From positions 14,224 through 78,223 of the forward strand of contig OZ246412.1 in NCBI GenBank assembly GCA_965231075.1: a stretch of DNA of 64,000 bases, given 5' to 3'. Under the pieces are notes generated by a model. That model was not told the origin of the DNA and did no database searches. It saw only the letters and a list, made by a program, of their open reading frames with translations. Shown piece by piece: positions 18,873-28,033 of the stretch (its first letter is position 1; each line of letters opens with the position of its first letter). The position numbers and the translations under genes are program-made. The DNA comes from an uncultured Candidatus Saccharibacteria bacterium (GTDB taxonomy: Bacteria; Patescibacteriota; Minisyncoccia; RBG-13-40-8-A).

Positions 18873-21356
18873 ATGGAATATAATCCTCAAGAGATTGAAA
18901 AAAAGTGGCAAAAAGAATGGGAAAAACTTGGTCTATACGAGGCCAAAGATTTTGATAAAAAACCGAAACAATACATTCTGGTTGAATTTCCATATCCTTC
19001 TGGAGACGGACTTCATGTTGGTCACGCCAGAAGTTATTCTGCGCTCGACGCTATGGCACGTAAAAAGAGAATGCAAGGATACAATGTTTTATTTCCTATT
19101 GGTTACGATGCTTTTGGACTTCCCACGGAAAACTATGCCATTAAAACTGGTATTCATCCGATTGAGGTAACTAAAAAAAATACCGCAATTTTTAGAGAAC
19201 AACTAAAAAGCCTCGGCCTATCATTTGACTGGTCCCGAGAAATAAATACTACTGACCCCGAATATTACAAATGGACGCAGTGGATATTTTTACAATTTTT
19301 TAAGAAAGGATTGGCCTACCAACAAGAAATGCCGATAAATTGGTGTCCAAAATGCAAAACCGGACTAGCTAACGAAGAGGTTGTAAACGGAAAATGTGAA
19401 CGCTGTGGCGCTCAAACCGAAAAACGTAACAAAAAACAATGGTTATTAAAAATTACCGCCTACGCAGACAGATTGATTGACGATTTAAAATTAGTTAATT
19501 TTCCCGATAGGATAAAAAATCAGCAAATAAATTGGATTGGCAGATCAGAAGGAACTAATATAAAATTCAAGATTGAAAACGAGGAACTAGAAGTATTTAC
19601 AACCAGAATAGATACAATTTTTGGCGTAACCGCTTTAGTTTTAGCGCCAGAACATGAATTGGTATCAAAGCTTAAAGATCAAAGCTCAAACGTTAAAGAA
19701 ATTGAAGATTATATCTCGCAAACCAGGAAAAAATCAGAAATTGAGCGCATGGATTTCGCAAAAGAAAAAACCGGTGCGGAATTAAAAGGAGTTTATGCGA
19801 TTAATCCTTTAAATGATGAAAAAATCCCAATTTGGATTGGCGATTATGTAATCGCTACCTATGGGGGAGGGGCAGTGATGATGGTACCCGCACACGACGG
19901 ACGAGATTATGAATTTGCTAAAAAATACGGAATTAAAATTAAAAAAGTTATAATTCCTAAGGCAATAATAAGTCGTTATATGAATGCTGAACAAATTGCC
20001 GCTGGCGGACAAACAGAATTACGGCCAGTGGTGGATTGTTTTACGGAATATGGCGAACTAATTAATTCTGGCGAATTTAATGGCTTAGATTCAGACAAGG
20101 CGATCAAGGAAATCACAAAATGGTTAGAAAAGAAGAAATTAGGCAAAAAACAAGTCAATTATCACTTACGAGACTGGGTGTTTACGCGCCAACATTATTG
20201 GGGTGAACCAATTCCGATTATTCATTGCGAAAAATGTGGAGCGGTGCCAGTAAACGAAAAAGATTTACCAATAGAACTTCCGTATGTCGAGAAATACGAA
20301 CCAACCGATACCGGAGAGTCGCCATTATCAGCGATCGATGAGTGGGTGAACACGAAATGTCCAAAATGTGGAGGCAAAGCAAAGCGAGAAACCGACACAA
20401 TGCCAAATTGGGCAGGATCCAATTGGTACTACCTCGCATATTTGATGCGAGGAATTTCCAATTTCCAGTTTCCAATTTCCAAATACCAAGATGCATTTAA
20501 ATACTGGATGCCAGTGGATTTATATAACGGTGGAATGGAGCATGTCACACTTCATCTTTTATATTCGAGATTTGTCTACAAATTTTTATATGATATTGGT
20601 GTTGTCCCTGGTCCCGAACCATATCAAAGACGATGTGCACATGGCATGGTTTTGGCGTCTGATGGTCAGAAAATGTCTAAATCTCGGGGCAATGTTATTA
20701 ACCCCGACGAAATTGTTAAAAAATATGGTGCCGATACGATTCGTCTTTACGAAATGTTTATGGGGCCATATGAAGATGAAATTTCTTGGAGCACAGAAAG
20801 CTTAGAGGGCTGTGCAAGGTTTTTAAAAAAGATTTGGAACTTATTTGCCAATGATAAAAAATTTGCCAAAGAAGCTTCGAAAGAATTGATTCAGAAATTA
20901 CATTATACGATAAAAAAAGTTGGTGACGATTTAGATAACATGAAATTCAACACCGCAATTTCAAGTATGATGGAATTAATTAATATGTGGTCTATTGAGG
21001 GGAGCGTAATGGCAAAAGAAGATGCAGAAAATTTCTTGAAGATTTTAGCACCGTTTGCACCACATATAACAGAAGAATTATTTCAAAAAATCCAAAATTC
21101 AGAATCCAAAATTCAAAGCGTCTTTGAAGCGGAGTGGCCGGAATATGATGAGAAATTAATCAAGAAAGATAAGATTGATTTAATTATTCAAATCAATGGC
21201 AAAGTCAGAGACAAAATTGAGGTAAGAGCAGACATCTCCGAAAAAGAGGCCAAGGAATTAGTTTTGTCGAACGAAAAGATAAAAACCTGGCTTAACAATC
21301 AAGAACCAAAGAAAATCATTTTCGTGAAAAACAAATTAATAAATATTGTAATATGA
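18873..21356 (+). CDS. leuS: Leucine--tRNA ligase
   Basis: FPYPSGDGLHVGH, DAFGLPTENYA, NWIGRSEG, GGMEHVTLHLLYSRF, KMSKSRGN. Confidence 0.97.
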   Translation: MEYNPQEIEKKWQKEWEKLGLYEAKDFDKKPKQYILVEFPYPSGDGLHVGHARSYSALDAMARKKRMQGYNVLFPIGYDAFGLPTENYAIKTGIHPIEVTKKNTAIFREQLKSLGLSFDWSREINTTDPEYYKWTQWIFLQFFKKGLAYQQEMPINWCPKCKTGLANEEVVNGKCERCGAQTEKRNKKQWLLKITAYADRLIDDLKLVNFPDRIKNQQINWIGRSEGTNIKFKIENEELEVFTTRIDTIFGVTALVLAPEHELVSKLKDQSSNVKEIEDYISQTRKKSEIERMDFAKEKTGAELKGVYAINPLNDEKIPIWIGDYVIATYGGGAVMMVPAHDGRDYEFAKKYGIKIKKVIIPKAIISRYMNAEQIAAGGQTELRPVVDCFTEYGELINSGEFNGLDSDKAIKEITKWLEKKKLGKKQVNYHLRDWVFTRQHYWGEPIPIIHCEKCGAVPVNEKDLPIELPYVEKYEPTDTGESPLSAIDEWVNTKCPKCGGKAKRETDTMPNWAGSNWYYLAYLMRGISNFQFPISKYQDAFKYWMPVDLYNGGMEHVTLHLLYSRFVYKFLYDIGVVPGPEPYQRRCAHGMVLASDGQKMSKSRGNVINPDEIVKKYGADTIRLYEMFMGPYEDEISWSTESLEGCARFLKKIWNLFANDKKFAKEASKELIQKLHYTIKKVGDDLDNMKFNTAISSMMELINMWSIEGSVMAKEDAENFLKILAPFAPHITEELFQKIQNSESKIQSVFEAEWPEYDEKLIKKDKIDLIIQINGKVRDKIEVRADISEKEAKELVLSNEKIKTWLNNQEPKKIIFVKNKLINIVI
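20453..20487. repeat. Heptamer tandem repeat (AATTTCC)x5 inside leuS
   Basis: aatttcc aatttcc agtttcc aatttcc aaatacc, encoding ISNFQFPISKYQ. Confidence 0.75.
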
Positions 21357-21952
21357 AGAACATAGCGGTGTTGATATCGGGCAATGGGACGAATTTGCAA
21401 GCGATAATTGATGAGGCGAAAGATGGAAAAATAAACGGCAAGATTGTTGCCGTAATTTCGAATAAATCCGATGCTTATGGACTAGAGAGGGCGAAACAGG
21501 CCGACATTCCAACATATTTTATTGACCACAAAGGAATCACGCGCGAAGAACATGAACAAAAAATAATTGATACTTTAGAAAAGGCGAAAGTTGATTTGGT
21601 GGTTTTAGCGGGATATATGCGCGTGGTAACACCGTTGTTTGTAAACAAATACAAACATAAATTAATCAATATTCACCCCGCACTACTTCCAGCATTTCCC
21701 GGAACCGATGGTTATGGCGATACATTTAATTATGGTTGTAAGGTTGGTGGATGCACAGTGCATTTTGTTGACGAGGGGGTTGATACCGGGCCGATTATTG
21801 TTCAAAAAGTTAATGAAATTAAAGAAAACGATACATTAGAAAGTTTTAAACAACGCGGATTAGAAATTGAGCATCAGGCACTTCCCGAGGCAGTAAGATT
21901 ATTCTGCGAAGACAAACTACAAATTGAAGGAAGAAAGGTTAAAATTTTATGA
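21353..21952 (+). CDS. purN: Phosphoribosylglycinamide formyltransferase
   Basis: IAVLISGNGTNLQAI, LAGYMRV, NIHPALLPAFPG, GCTVHFVDEGVDTGPII. Confidence 0.93.
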   Translation: MKNIAVLISGNGTNLQAIIDEAKDGKINGKIVAVISNKSDAYGLERAKQADIPTYFIDHKGITREEHEQKIIDTLEKAKVDLVVLAGYMRVVTPLFVNKYKHKLINIHPALLPAFPGTDGYGDTFNYGCKVGGCTVHFVDEGVDTGPIIVQKVNEIKENDTLESFKQRGLEIEHQALPEAVRLFCEDKLQIEGRKVKIL

Positions 21953-22527
21953 CCAAAAAAGAACAATTAGAACAACTAAATAAAAAAATGTTAGCTTGTT
22001 CAAAATGTGTTCTGCGAAAAACTTGTCGAGTTGTGGTTCCGGGAGAGGGAAATGCTAACACAGAAATTATGTTTATTGGTGAAGGGCCAGGACAAAAAGA
22101 GGACGAACTAGGTCGTCCTTTTGTTGGTTCTGCAGGAAAATTTTTAGATGAGATGCTAGGAACAATAAAAACCAAGCGCGAAGATATTTATATTGCTAAT
22201 GTTGTAAAATGTCGTCCACCAGCAAATCGTGATCCACTTCCTGAAGAGGCGATCGCTTGCTGGCCGTGGTTGGAACAACAAATCAAAATTATAGAACCAA
22301 AATTAATTGTTTTGTTGGGTAGGCATGCCATGGAAAGATTTTTGCCGGGGCAAAAAATTTCCCAAATTCACGGAAAAGCTCTGCGCAAAGATATGCCCGG
22401 CTTTGGGCCAATGGTTTTTTACGCTCTCTATCATCCTGCCGCTGCACTCTATAACGGCAGTATGCGAGAGACATTAATTGATGATTTCAAAAAAATACCG
22501 AAAGTACTAAAAGCAATAAAAAAATAG
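21949..22527 (+). CDS. Uracil-DNA glycosylase family 4
   Basis: CxxC, GEGPG..ED..GRPFVG, NVVKCRPPANR, HPAAAL. Confidence 0.95.
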   Translation: MTKKEQLEQLNKKMLACSKCVLRKTCRVVVPGEGNANTEIMFIGEGPGQKEDELGRPFVGSAGKFLDEMLGTIKTKREDIYIANVVKCRPPANRDPLPEEAIACWPWLEQQIKIIEPKLIVLLGRHAMERFLPGQKISQIHGKALRKDMPGFGPMVFYALYHPAAALYNGSMRETLIDDFKKIPKVLKAIKK

Positions 22528-22549
22528 CCCCACGGACAAGGGGCTATTT
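22522..22549. terminator. Bidirectional terminator
   Basis: AAATAGCCCC-N8-GGGGCTATTT between convergent genes. Confidence 0.7.
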
Positions 22550-22675
22550 GAGTTGACTCGGTGAAAATAACGACAAGAAAGTGCTGATTAAACAGTAAAT
22601 CCAAAAAGAGTAAATGACTAACAGCAAAACAGAGAAAATTATACCCGCAAGGAAATTGCGGATTGTTTTTATCAT
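22544..22675 (-). CDS. 43-aa single-TM protein downstream of tRNA-Leu
   Basis: Very strong SD (AAGGAGGAGGAG) before ATG; MIKTIRNFLAGIIFSVLLLVIYSFW... Confidence 0.55.
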   Translation of the reverse strand: MIKTIRNFLAGIIFSVLLLVIYSFWIYCLISTFLSLFSPSQLK

Positions 22676-22705
22676 CTCCTCCTCCTTTTTATAAAGATCG
22701 ACAAG

Positions 22706-22789
22706 TGCCCGGGGGGAGAGTCGAACTCCCATGACCTTGCGGTCACACGATTTTGAGTCGTGCGCGTCTGCCAGTTCCGCCACCTGGGC
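22706..22789 (-). tRNA. tRNA-Leu(CAA)
   Basis: GCCCAGG..GGCAGACGC..CACGA-CT-CAA-AA-TCGTG, long variable arm, GGGAG-TTCGACT-CTCCC; CCA not encoded. Confidence 0.95.
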
Positions 22790-22809
22790 ATGATTTTAAG
22801 TTATCACAA

Positions 22810-24858
22810 TCAATCAGTTTTTTCAAATGCACAATCCTTGTTGCTACATTTTATTTTTCTGCTTCGAGTTGTAACAAGTAGTGAATTGCATTTTGGACAA
22901 AGTTCGCCAGTCGGTCTATCCCACAAAGCAAATTTACAGTCTGGGTATTTGCTGCAACTGAAAAATATTTTTCCTCTGCGTGTTTTTCTTTCCAATATCT
23001 TTCCGTCTTTACATTCGGGACATTTTACGTCAGTTGAATTTTCAATATGTTTCGTGTTTTTACATTTAGGAAAATTTGAACAAGCAATGAATTTTCCAAA
23101 TCTTCCTGTTTTAATTACCATTGGCGATCCACACTTCTCACAAACCTGATCAGTTTTCTCGTCTACAACCTCTTTTTTAACAATGTCTGTATATTTTTGT
23201 TTAACATTTTTTTCAAACGGTTTATAAAAACTTTCAATCACGGGTACCCATTCTTTTTTTCCGTCAGCAATTTCATCAAGTTCATTTTCCATATTCGCCG
23301 TAAAATCAATATCCACAATTTCGGGGAAGTGTTCGACCAAAAGTCCATTTACTAAAACTCCAATTTCACTAGGATAAAGATATTTTGCGGTTTTGGTGAC
23401 GTATCCACGCTTTTGAATTGTTTCCATGGTTGGGGCATAAGTTGATGGTCTACCAATGCCATGTTCTTCAAGCGCTTTAATTAAAGTTGCTTCGGTAAAT
23501 GGTGCCGGCGCCTGGGTGAAATGTTGCAGGGAATTTAATTTCAATAAATCTAAAATTTCATTAACTTTAAGTTCTGGTAAAATGGTTTCTTCGGTTTTTG
23601 ATGACCAAACACTCAAAAATCCATCAAATTTAATAATATTTCCATTGGCCTTAAATCCATAACCATTGCCAGCGCTAATATCAATAGAGGTTGAATCGAA
23701 CACAGCAGAATTCATTTGAGAGGCAATTGTTCTGCGCCAAATAAGATTATATAAAGCAAATTGATTTTTATTTAAATAACTTTTTACGTCTTCGGGTTTA
23801 TATTCGGGGAAAGTTGGTCTAATTGCTTCATGTGCTTCTTGCGCGCCTTTGCTTTTGGTTTTATAGAAATTAGGCTGCAAGGGTAAATATTTTTTACCAA
23901 AATCTTTTTCAATTAATTCTCTAGTTTTAGATATTGCTGAGGTTGCCAAATTCAAAGAGTCGGTTCTCATGTATGTGATAAGACCGACTGGTTTTTTATT
24001 TTCCAAAGGAAGCCCTTCGTATAATTGTTGGGCAATAAACATTGTTTGTTTTGCAGAAAATCTTAATTTGCGCGAGGCCTCTTGTTGTAATGTACTGGTT
24101 GTGAATGGGGGAAAAGGATTTCTTTTAACTTCTTTTTTCTCGATGTTTTCAATTTTATACTCGGCATTGGTTAGGTCGTTGATGATATCTTCGGCCTGTT
24201 TCTGGTTTTTAATCTCAAGCTTGTCAACGGTTTTGTTGTTGATTTTATTTAAAGTCGCAACGAAATTTGGGTTGTGTTTAAATTCTGCTTCAATGGTGTG
24301 ATATTCTTCTGGCTTAAACTGATCAATTTCTTTTTGCTTTTCAACCACCAGGCGGACAGCAACCGACTGAACTCTTCCCGCCGAAAGCCCTCTGGCAACC
24401 TTTTTCCACAACAAAGGAGAAAGTTTATAACCAACCAATCTGTCCAGGATTCTTCGTGCTTGTTGTGCATCAACAAGATTTAAATCAATCTCACGCGGAT
24501 TTTTTAAAGCGTCCTCGATGGCTTGTTTGGTAATTTCATGAAAAACAATTCTTTTAGGGTTTTTTAATTTTAATGCTTCGGTTAAATGCCAAGCAATTGC
24601 TTCTCCTTCGCGGTCTTCGTCAGTTGCAAGAATTACTTCGTCTGATTTTTTAACTTTTTCTTTTAGTGCAGTAACATTCTTTCTTGCCTTAGGAACAATA
24701 ATATATTGAGGTTCAAAACCGTTTTCCGTATCAATTGCTAACTTGCTCTTGGGCAAGTCTCGAACATGACCAAAAGAGGATTCAACCATGAATCCCTTGC
24801 CTAAAAATTGTTTAATTGTCTTTGCTTTTGTTGGCGACTCAACAATAATTAAATTCAT
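22810..24858 (-). CDS. topA: DNA topoisomerase I
   Basis: LIIVESPTKAKTI, ATDEDREGEAI, SAGRVQS, ITYMRTD, C-terminal Zn ribbons. Confidence 0.98.
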   Translation of the reverse strand: MNLIIVESPTKAKTIKQFLGKGFMVESSFGHVRDLPKSKLAIDTENGFEPQYIIVPKARKNVTALKEKVKKSDEVILATDEDREGEAIAWHLTEALKLKNPKRIVFHEITKQAIEDALKNPREIDLNLVDAQQARRILDRLVGYKLSPLLWKKVARGLSAGRVQSVAVRLVVEKQKEIDQFKPEEYHTIEAEFKHNPNFVATLNKINNKTVDKLEIKNQKQAEDIINDLTNAEYKIENIEKKEVKRNPFPPFTTSTLQQEASRKLRFSAKQTMFIAQQLYEGLPLENKKPVGLITYMRTDSLNLATSAISKTRELIEKDFGKKYLPLQPNFYKTKSKGAQEAHEAIRPTFPEYKPEDVKSYLNKNQFALYNLIWRRTIASQMNSAVFDSTSIDISAGNGYGFKANGNIIKFDGFLSVWSSKTEETILPELKVNEILDLLKLNSLQHFTQAPAPFTEATLIKALEEHGIGRPSTYAPTMETIQKRGYVTKTAKYLYPSEIGVLVNGLLVEHFPEIVDIDFTANMENELDEIADGKKEWVPVIESFYKPFEKNVKQKYTDIVKKEVVDEKTDQVCEKCGSPMVIKTGRFGKFIACSNFPKCKNTKHIENSTDVKCPECKDGKILERKTRRGKIFFSCSKYPDCKFALWDRPTGELCPKCNSLLVTTRSRKIKCSNKDCAFEKTD

Positions 24859-25721
24859 TTGATTATATAATTATTTTTACCTAAATTCCTAACTGCGTTT
24901 TTTATTTCTAAGATTGTTAATGTTGAATTTACGACTGACACTGGTAGTTTGCTAAGTTTTATTATATCGTCGATATGCATCGGCTGTAAAGAGAGTAGTG
25001 ATAGAATAATTTCTTCTTCCTTGTTCTCTGGTTTGGCTTTGACTTTTGGTGTCTCGGAAAGTAGATGTGTTAAATTCAATTCTTCTAAAATGTCTTCGAC
25101 GCAAGTTACTAATTTTGCTCCCTGTTTAATTAATTTATGTGTGCCTTGTGAATTCTCATCATAAATGTTTCCGGGTACGGCAAATACCTCCTTGTTTTGC
25201 TCGAGTGCTAAATTGGCAGTAATTAACGCCCCACTTTGTTCTGGGGCTTCAATTACTACTACGCCCAAACTTAAACCACTAACAATCCGATTCCTTTCAG
25301 GAAAAGTGTAAATTGCGCCAATTGTTCCTTCGGGATATTCGGTGATTACTGCTCCATTTTGGGCGATTTCTTCTCCCAATGCGTAATTTTGTGATGGCGA
25401 AAAACTTTTTTGATCCATGCCACTTCCCAATACGGCAATTGTTCTTCCGCCTACCTCAATCGCAGCTTTGTGCGCGAACGTATCGATGCCACGGGCCAGT
25501 CCGCTAACAATCGTAATCCCCAGTTTAGCTAATTTGGAAGATAAGTCAAGCGCAACTTGTTTTCCGTAAGCAGAATATTTGCGCGTTCCGACGATTGCAA
25601 TCGCAACTTTGTCTTGATTTTTAATTTCACCCTTAATGAATAATTGTTTGGGAGGGTTGTGTATTTCTTTCAGGGAAGAGGGATAATCTTTATCGTTAAT
25701 TGTGATTTTTTTAATATCCAT
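24855..25721 (-). CDS. dprA: DNA-processing protein DprA
   Basis: AIVGTR, IVSGLARGID, FPERNRIVSGLS, SGALITA. Confidence 0.97.
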   Translation of the reverse strand: MDIKKITINDKDYPSSLKEIHNPPKQLFIKGEIKNQDKVAIAIVGTRKYSAYGKQVALDLSSKLAKLGITIVSGLARGIDTFAHKAAIEVGGRTIAVLGSGMDQKSFSPSQNYALGEEIAQNGAVITEYPEGTIGAIYTFPERNRIVSGLSLGVVVIEAPEQSGALITANLALEQNKEVFAVPGNIYDENSQGTHKLIKQGAKLVTCVEDILEELNLTHLLSETPKVKAKPENKEEEIILSLLSLQPMHIDDIIKLSKLPVSVVNSTLTILEIKNAVRNLGKNNYIIK

Positions 25722-25731
25722 GATATACCTA

Positions 25732-25760
25732 TTGACAAACTTACAGCAATATGCTATACT
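25732..25760 (+). promoter_or_regulatory. sigma70 promoter for the intergenic RNA
   Basis: TTGACA-N17-TATACT with extended TG. Confidence 0.75.
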
Positions 25761-25766
25761 TACTGT

Positions 25767-25926
25767 AGAATAAAAATATATAAATATTTCGTGTTTCTGG
25801 TCCTGCCTGATGAGTGACGAGAACCAATCTACCCTCCTTGATTTGGTTGATAGTCAAAGAGCGTTTAGGGTTTCTTGCTTTTGTGAGAAAATCTAAACCA
25901 CTCGCGGGTGGGACCAGGAACAAGAA
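25767..25926 (+). ncRNA. Unassigned structured ncRNA (three-way junction)
   Basis: 24-bp closing helix 25792-25816/25899-25922 whose non-WC pairs are all G-U on the + strand; two inner hairpins; own promoter; no credible ORF. Confidence 0.7.
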
Positions 25927-26397
25927 TTAAGAAAGCAGTTTGGAAATTTCTTCGACTGCTTTTTTGATTATTTCGGGTAATTTTTCTTCTTCGGCCTTAC
26001 CGAAATTCTTTAATACAAAATCGGTAGTATTAACTTCATGAGTTGGTTTAATGCCGATTCTAATGCGCACGAAATCTTTTGTTTTTAATTCATCGATAAT
26101 TGATTGCACTCCCTTGTGTCCGGCAGACGAAGAATCCTTGCTAACCTTAACTGTTTCAAATGGCAAATCGATATCATCGTGAATAACAATTAAATTTTCT
26201 GGAGACATTTTTTCGTAAGCAAGATATTCTCGAACAATTTTACCAGAATTGTTCATAAAACTGTCGGGCTTCAAAAACACAATATTGTTATTTAATATTT
26301 TACATTCTAATTCATCAATAACTCTAAATCCGACGTTGTGTCGGGTTTTTTCGTATTTTTTTCCGGGATTTCCCAATCCCACAATTAAAGTTTTCAT
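25927..26397 (-). CDS. pth: Peptidyl-tRNA hydrolase
   Basis: LIVGLGNPG..Y..TRHNVGF, FMNNSG, HDDIDL, GHKG. Confidence 0.96.
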   Translation of the reverse strand: MKTLIVGLGNPGKKYEKTRHNVGFRVIDELECKILNNNIVFLKPDSFMNNSGKIVREYLAYEKMSPENLIVIHDDIDLPFETVKVSKDSSSAGHKGVQSIIDELKTKDFVRIRIGIKPTHEVNTTDFVLKNFGKAEEEKLPEIIKKAVEEISKLLS

Positions 26398-27398
26398 AAA
26401 TTAATTAATAGGTTATTAATATAATTTTTAATTTCATTGTATTTTTCGATTCCGTTTTGTGGGATTAATACTGAAGCAGTTTCTCTCCCTAAAATCCTAG
26501 TGTCGAGCACAACCAACGGAGGAGCGATGGTGCCGAATTGTATGTTATCTAAATCGGTTTTCTTAATTAATTTTAAAACATATTTAATATCTATTAAACC
26601 AATATTGGTTTCTGTGTTTTGCTTAATATCGTTCCAGAGCTCCAAGATTGTGGGGAAATTCCAAAGAATATTCAGTTTTAGCGTCTTGTCCTTGATTGCG
26701 GAAATAACTTGTTGTTGACGCTCTATTCGAGAAAAATCTCCATTGGCCTGGTTTCTGGTACGAATATATTTTAGTGCCGTTTCTCCATCTAGGTGTTGGA
26801 CGCCCCTCGACAAAGAAAAAATCTGATAAGAATTGTATTCTGCGGGGAATTTTGGGTCATAAATATCTTCTTTTACATCGACCTCGATCCCGTCTAATTT
26901 ATCGATAATTTGTTTTACGCCTCCTAAATCTAACACCACATAATAATCAATATTTAAATCAGTAATTTCTTTTATTTTGGTTTTAATTGTTTCAATTCCG
27001 CCATATTTATATAAAGCATTAATTTTTGTATAGTAGTTTTTTTCTGGATATTTGACCAACAAATCACGAGGAATAGATATGGCGATTGGATCTTCTCCTT
27101 TCGGAGAACTGTTAATAATTAGAATTGTGTCGGTGAGTTGTGGTGCAGAATTTCCTTCGCCAGGAATTCCCAAAAACAATAAATTGATTCGATTCTTTTT
27201 TAATTGATTAAGGGTGGTCTGATCAATTTTTCCAAAATCAACAACTTGCGCAGAAGAACCATTACTAATGACGATCTCTTTTTTAAAAGAAACTTCGAAA
27301 GTAGATTTTGCCACAACCGCAATCGAACAAACCAAAAAGACAATGGTTATGCCCAAAACACATAAATCTCTAATTTCTTTTTTACGATCTCTGTCCAT
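26394..27398 (-). CDS. LCP (LytR-CpsA-Psr) family protein
   Basis: NLLFLG, TDTILI, SIPRDL, KINA, DGETALKYIRTR, DFSRIERQQ. Confidence 0.93.
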   Translation of the reverse strand: MDRDRKKEIRDLCVLGITIVFLVCSIAVVAKSTFEVSFKKEIVISNGSSAQVVDFGKIDQTTLNQLKKNRINLLFLGIPGEGNSAPQLTDTILIINSSPKGEDPIAISIPRDLLVKYPEKNYYTKINALYKYGGIETIKTKIKEITDLNIDYYVVLDLGGVKQIIDKLDGIEVDVKEDIYDPKFPAEYNSYQIFSLSRGVQHLDGETALKYIRTRNQANGDFSRIERQQQVISAIKDKTLKLNILWNFPTILELWNDIKQNTETNIGLIDIKYVLKLIKKTDLDNIQFGTIAPPLVVLDTRILGRETASVLIPQNGIEKYNEIKNYINNLLINL

Positions 27399-27458
27399 CT
27401 ACTATATTATAACACAGAAGATTTGCATTTTTACAAAAAACCTTTATAATAGAGCTAT

Positions 27459-28028
27459 ATGGAAGAGAGTAAACCAAAAATCTCTGGTTTTAAGTACTGG
27501 TTAGATTTCACTTGGGAAATCTTGAAAATTGTTGTAATCTCTTTGGCAATCATTGTGCCAATTAGATATTTTTTAATTCAACCATTTTTTGTTAAAGGAG
27601 CGTCAATGGAACCAACCTATTTAGATGGTGATTATTTGATTATTGATGAAATTAGTTATCGCTTCGAAGCACCGAAAAGAGGAGAGGTGGTTATTTTTAG
27701 ATATCCATTAGACCCGACACAATTTTTTATAAAAAGAGTGATTGGATTGCCGGGAGAGACGGTTAAAATTGAAAATGGAAAAGTAATTATCGAAGAACAA
27801 TCAGGTAACTCGTTTATTTTAGATGAATCAAAATATTTGAACGGAGTTATTACTGCTGGCAACATTGAGACCACGCTTGAAAATGACGAATATTTTGTCT
27901 TGGGAGACAATCGTAATGCCAGTTCGGATTCGCGTCGGTGGGGAGAGGTAAACAAAAAACTTATTATTGGTCGTGCCTGGTTGCGTGCCTGGCCATTTAA
28001 TAGATTAGACACTTTATTAAATAAATAA
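27459..28028 (+). CDS. lepB: Signal peptidase I
   Basis: GASMEPT, FIKRVIGLPGE, GDNRNASSDSR. Confidence 0.96.
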   Translation: MEESKPKISGFKYWLDFTWEILKIVVISLAIIVPIRYFLIQPFFVKGASMEPTYLDGDYLIIDEISYRFEAPKRGEVVIFRYPLDPTQFFIKRVIGLPGETVKIENGKVIIEEQSGNSFILDESKYLNGVITAGNIETTLENDEYFVLGDNRNASSDSRRWGEVNKKLIIGRAWLRAWPFNRLDTLLNK

Positions 28029-28033
28029 AATTT

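Noticed and set aside
22676-22783. 79-aa ORF starting inside tRNA-Leu
   Set aside because: The upstream part is tRNA sequence; the SD supports a start at 22675.
25807-25814. CTGATGAG resembling a hammerhead ribozyme core
   Set aside because: No correctly placed stem II-GAAA and cleavage triplet; the segment is paired in the long closing helix.
25741-25923. 60-aa minus-strand ORF between pth and dprA
   Set aside because: No recognisable protein features; the G-U pairing pattern and promoter favour a + strand RNA.
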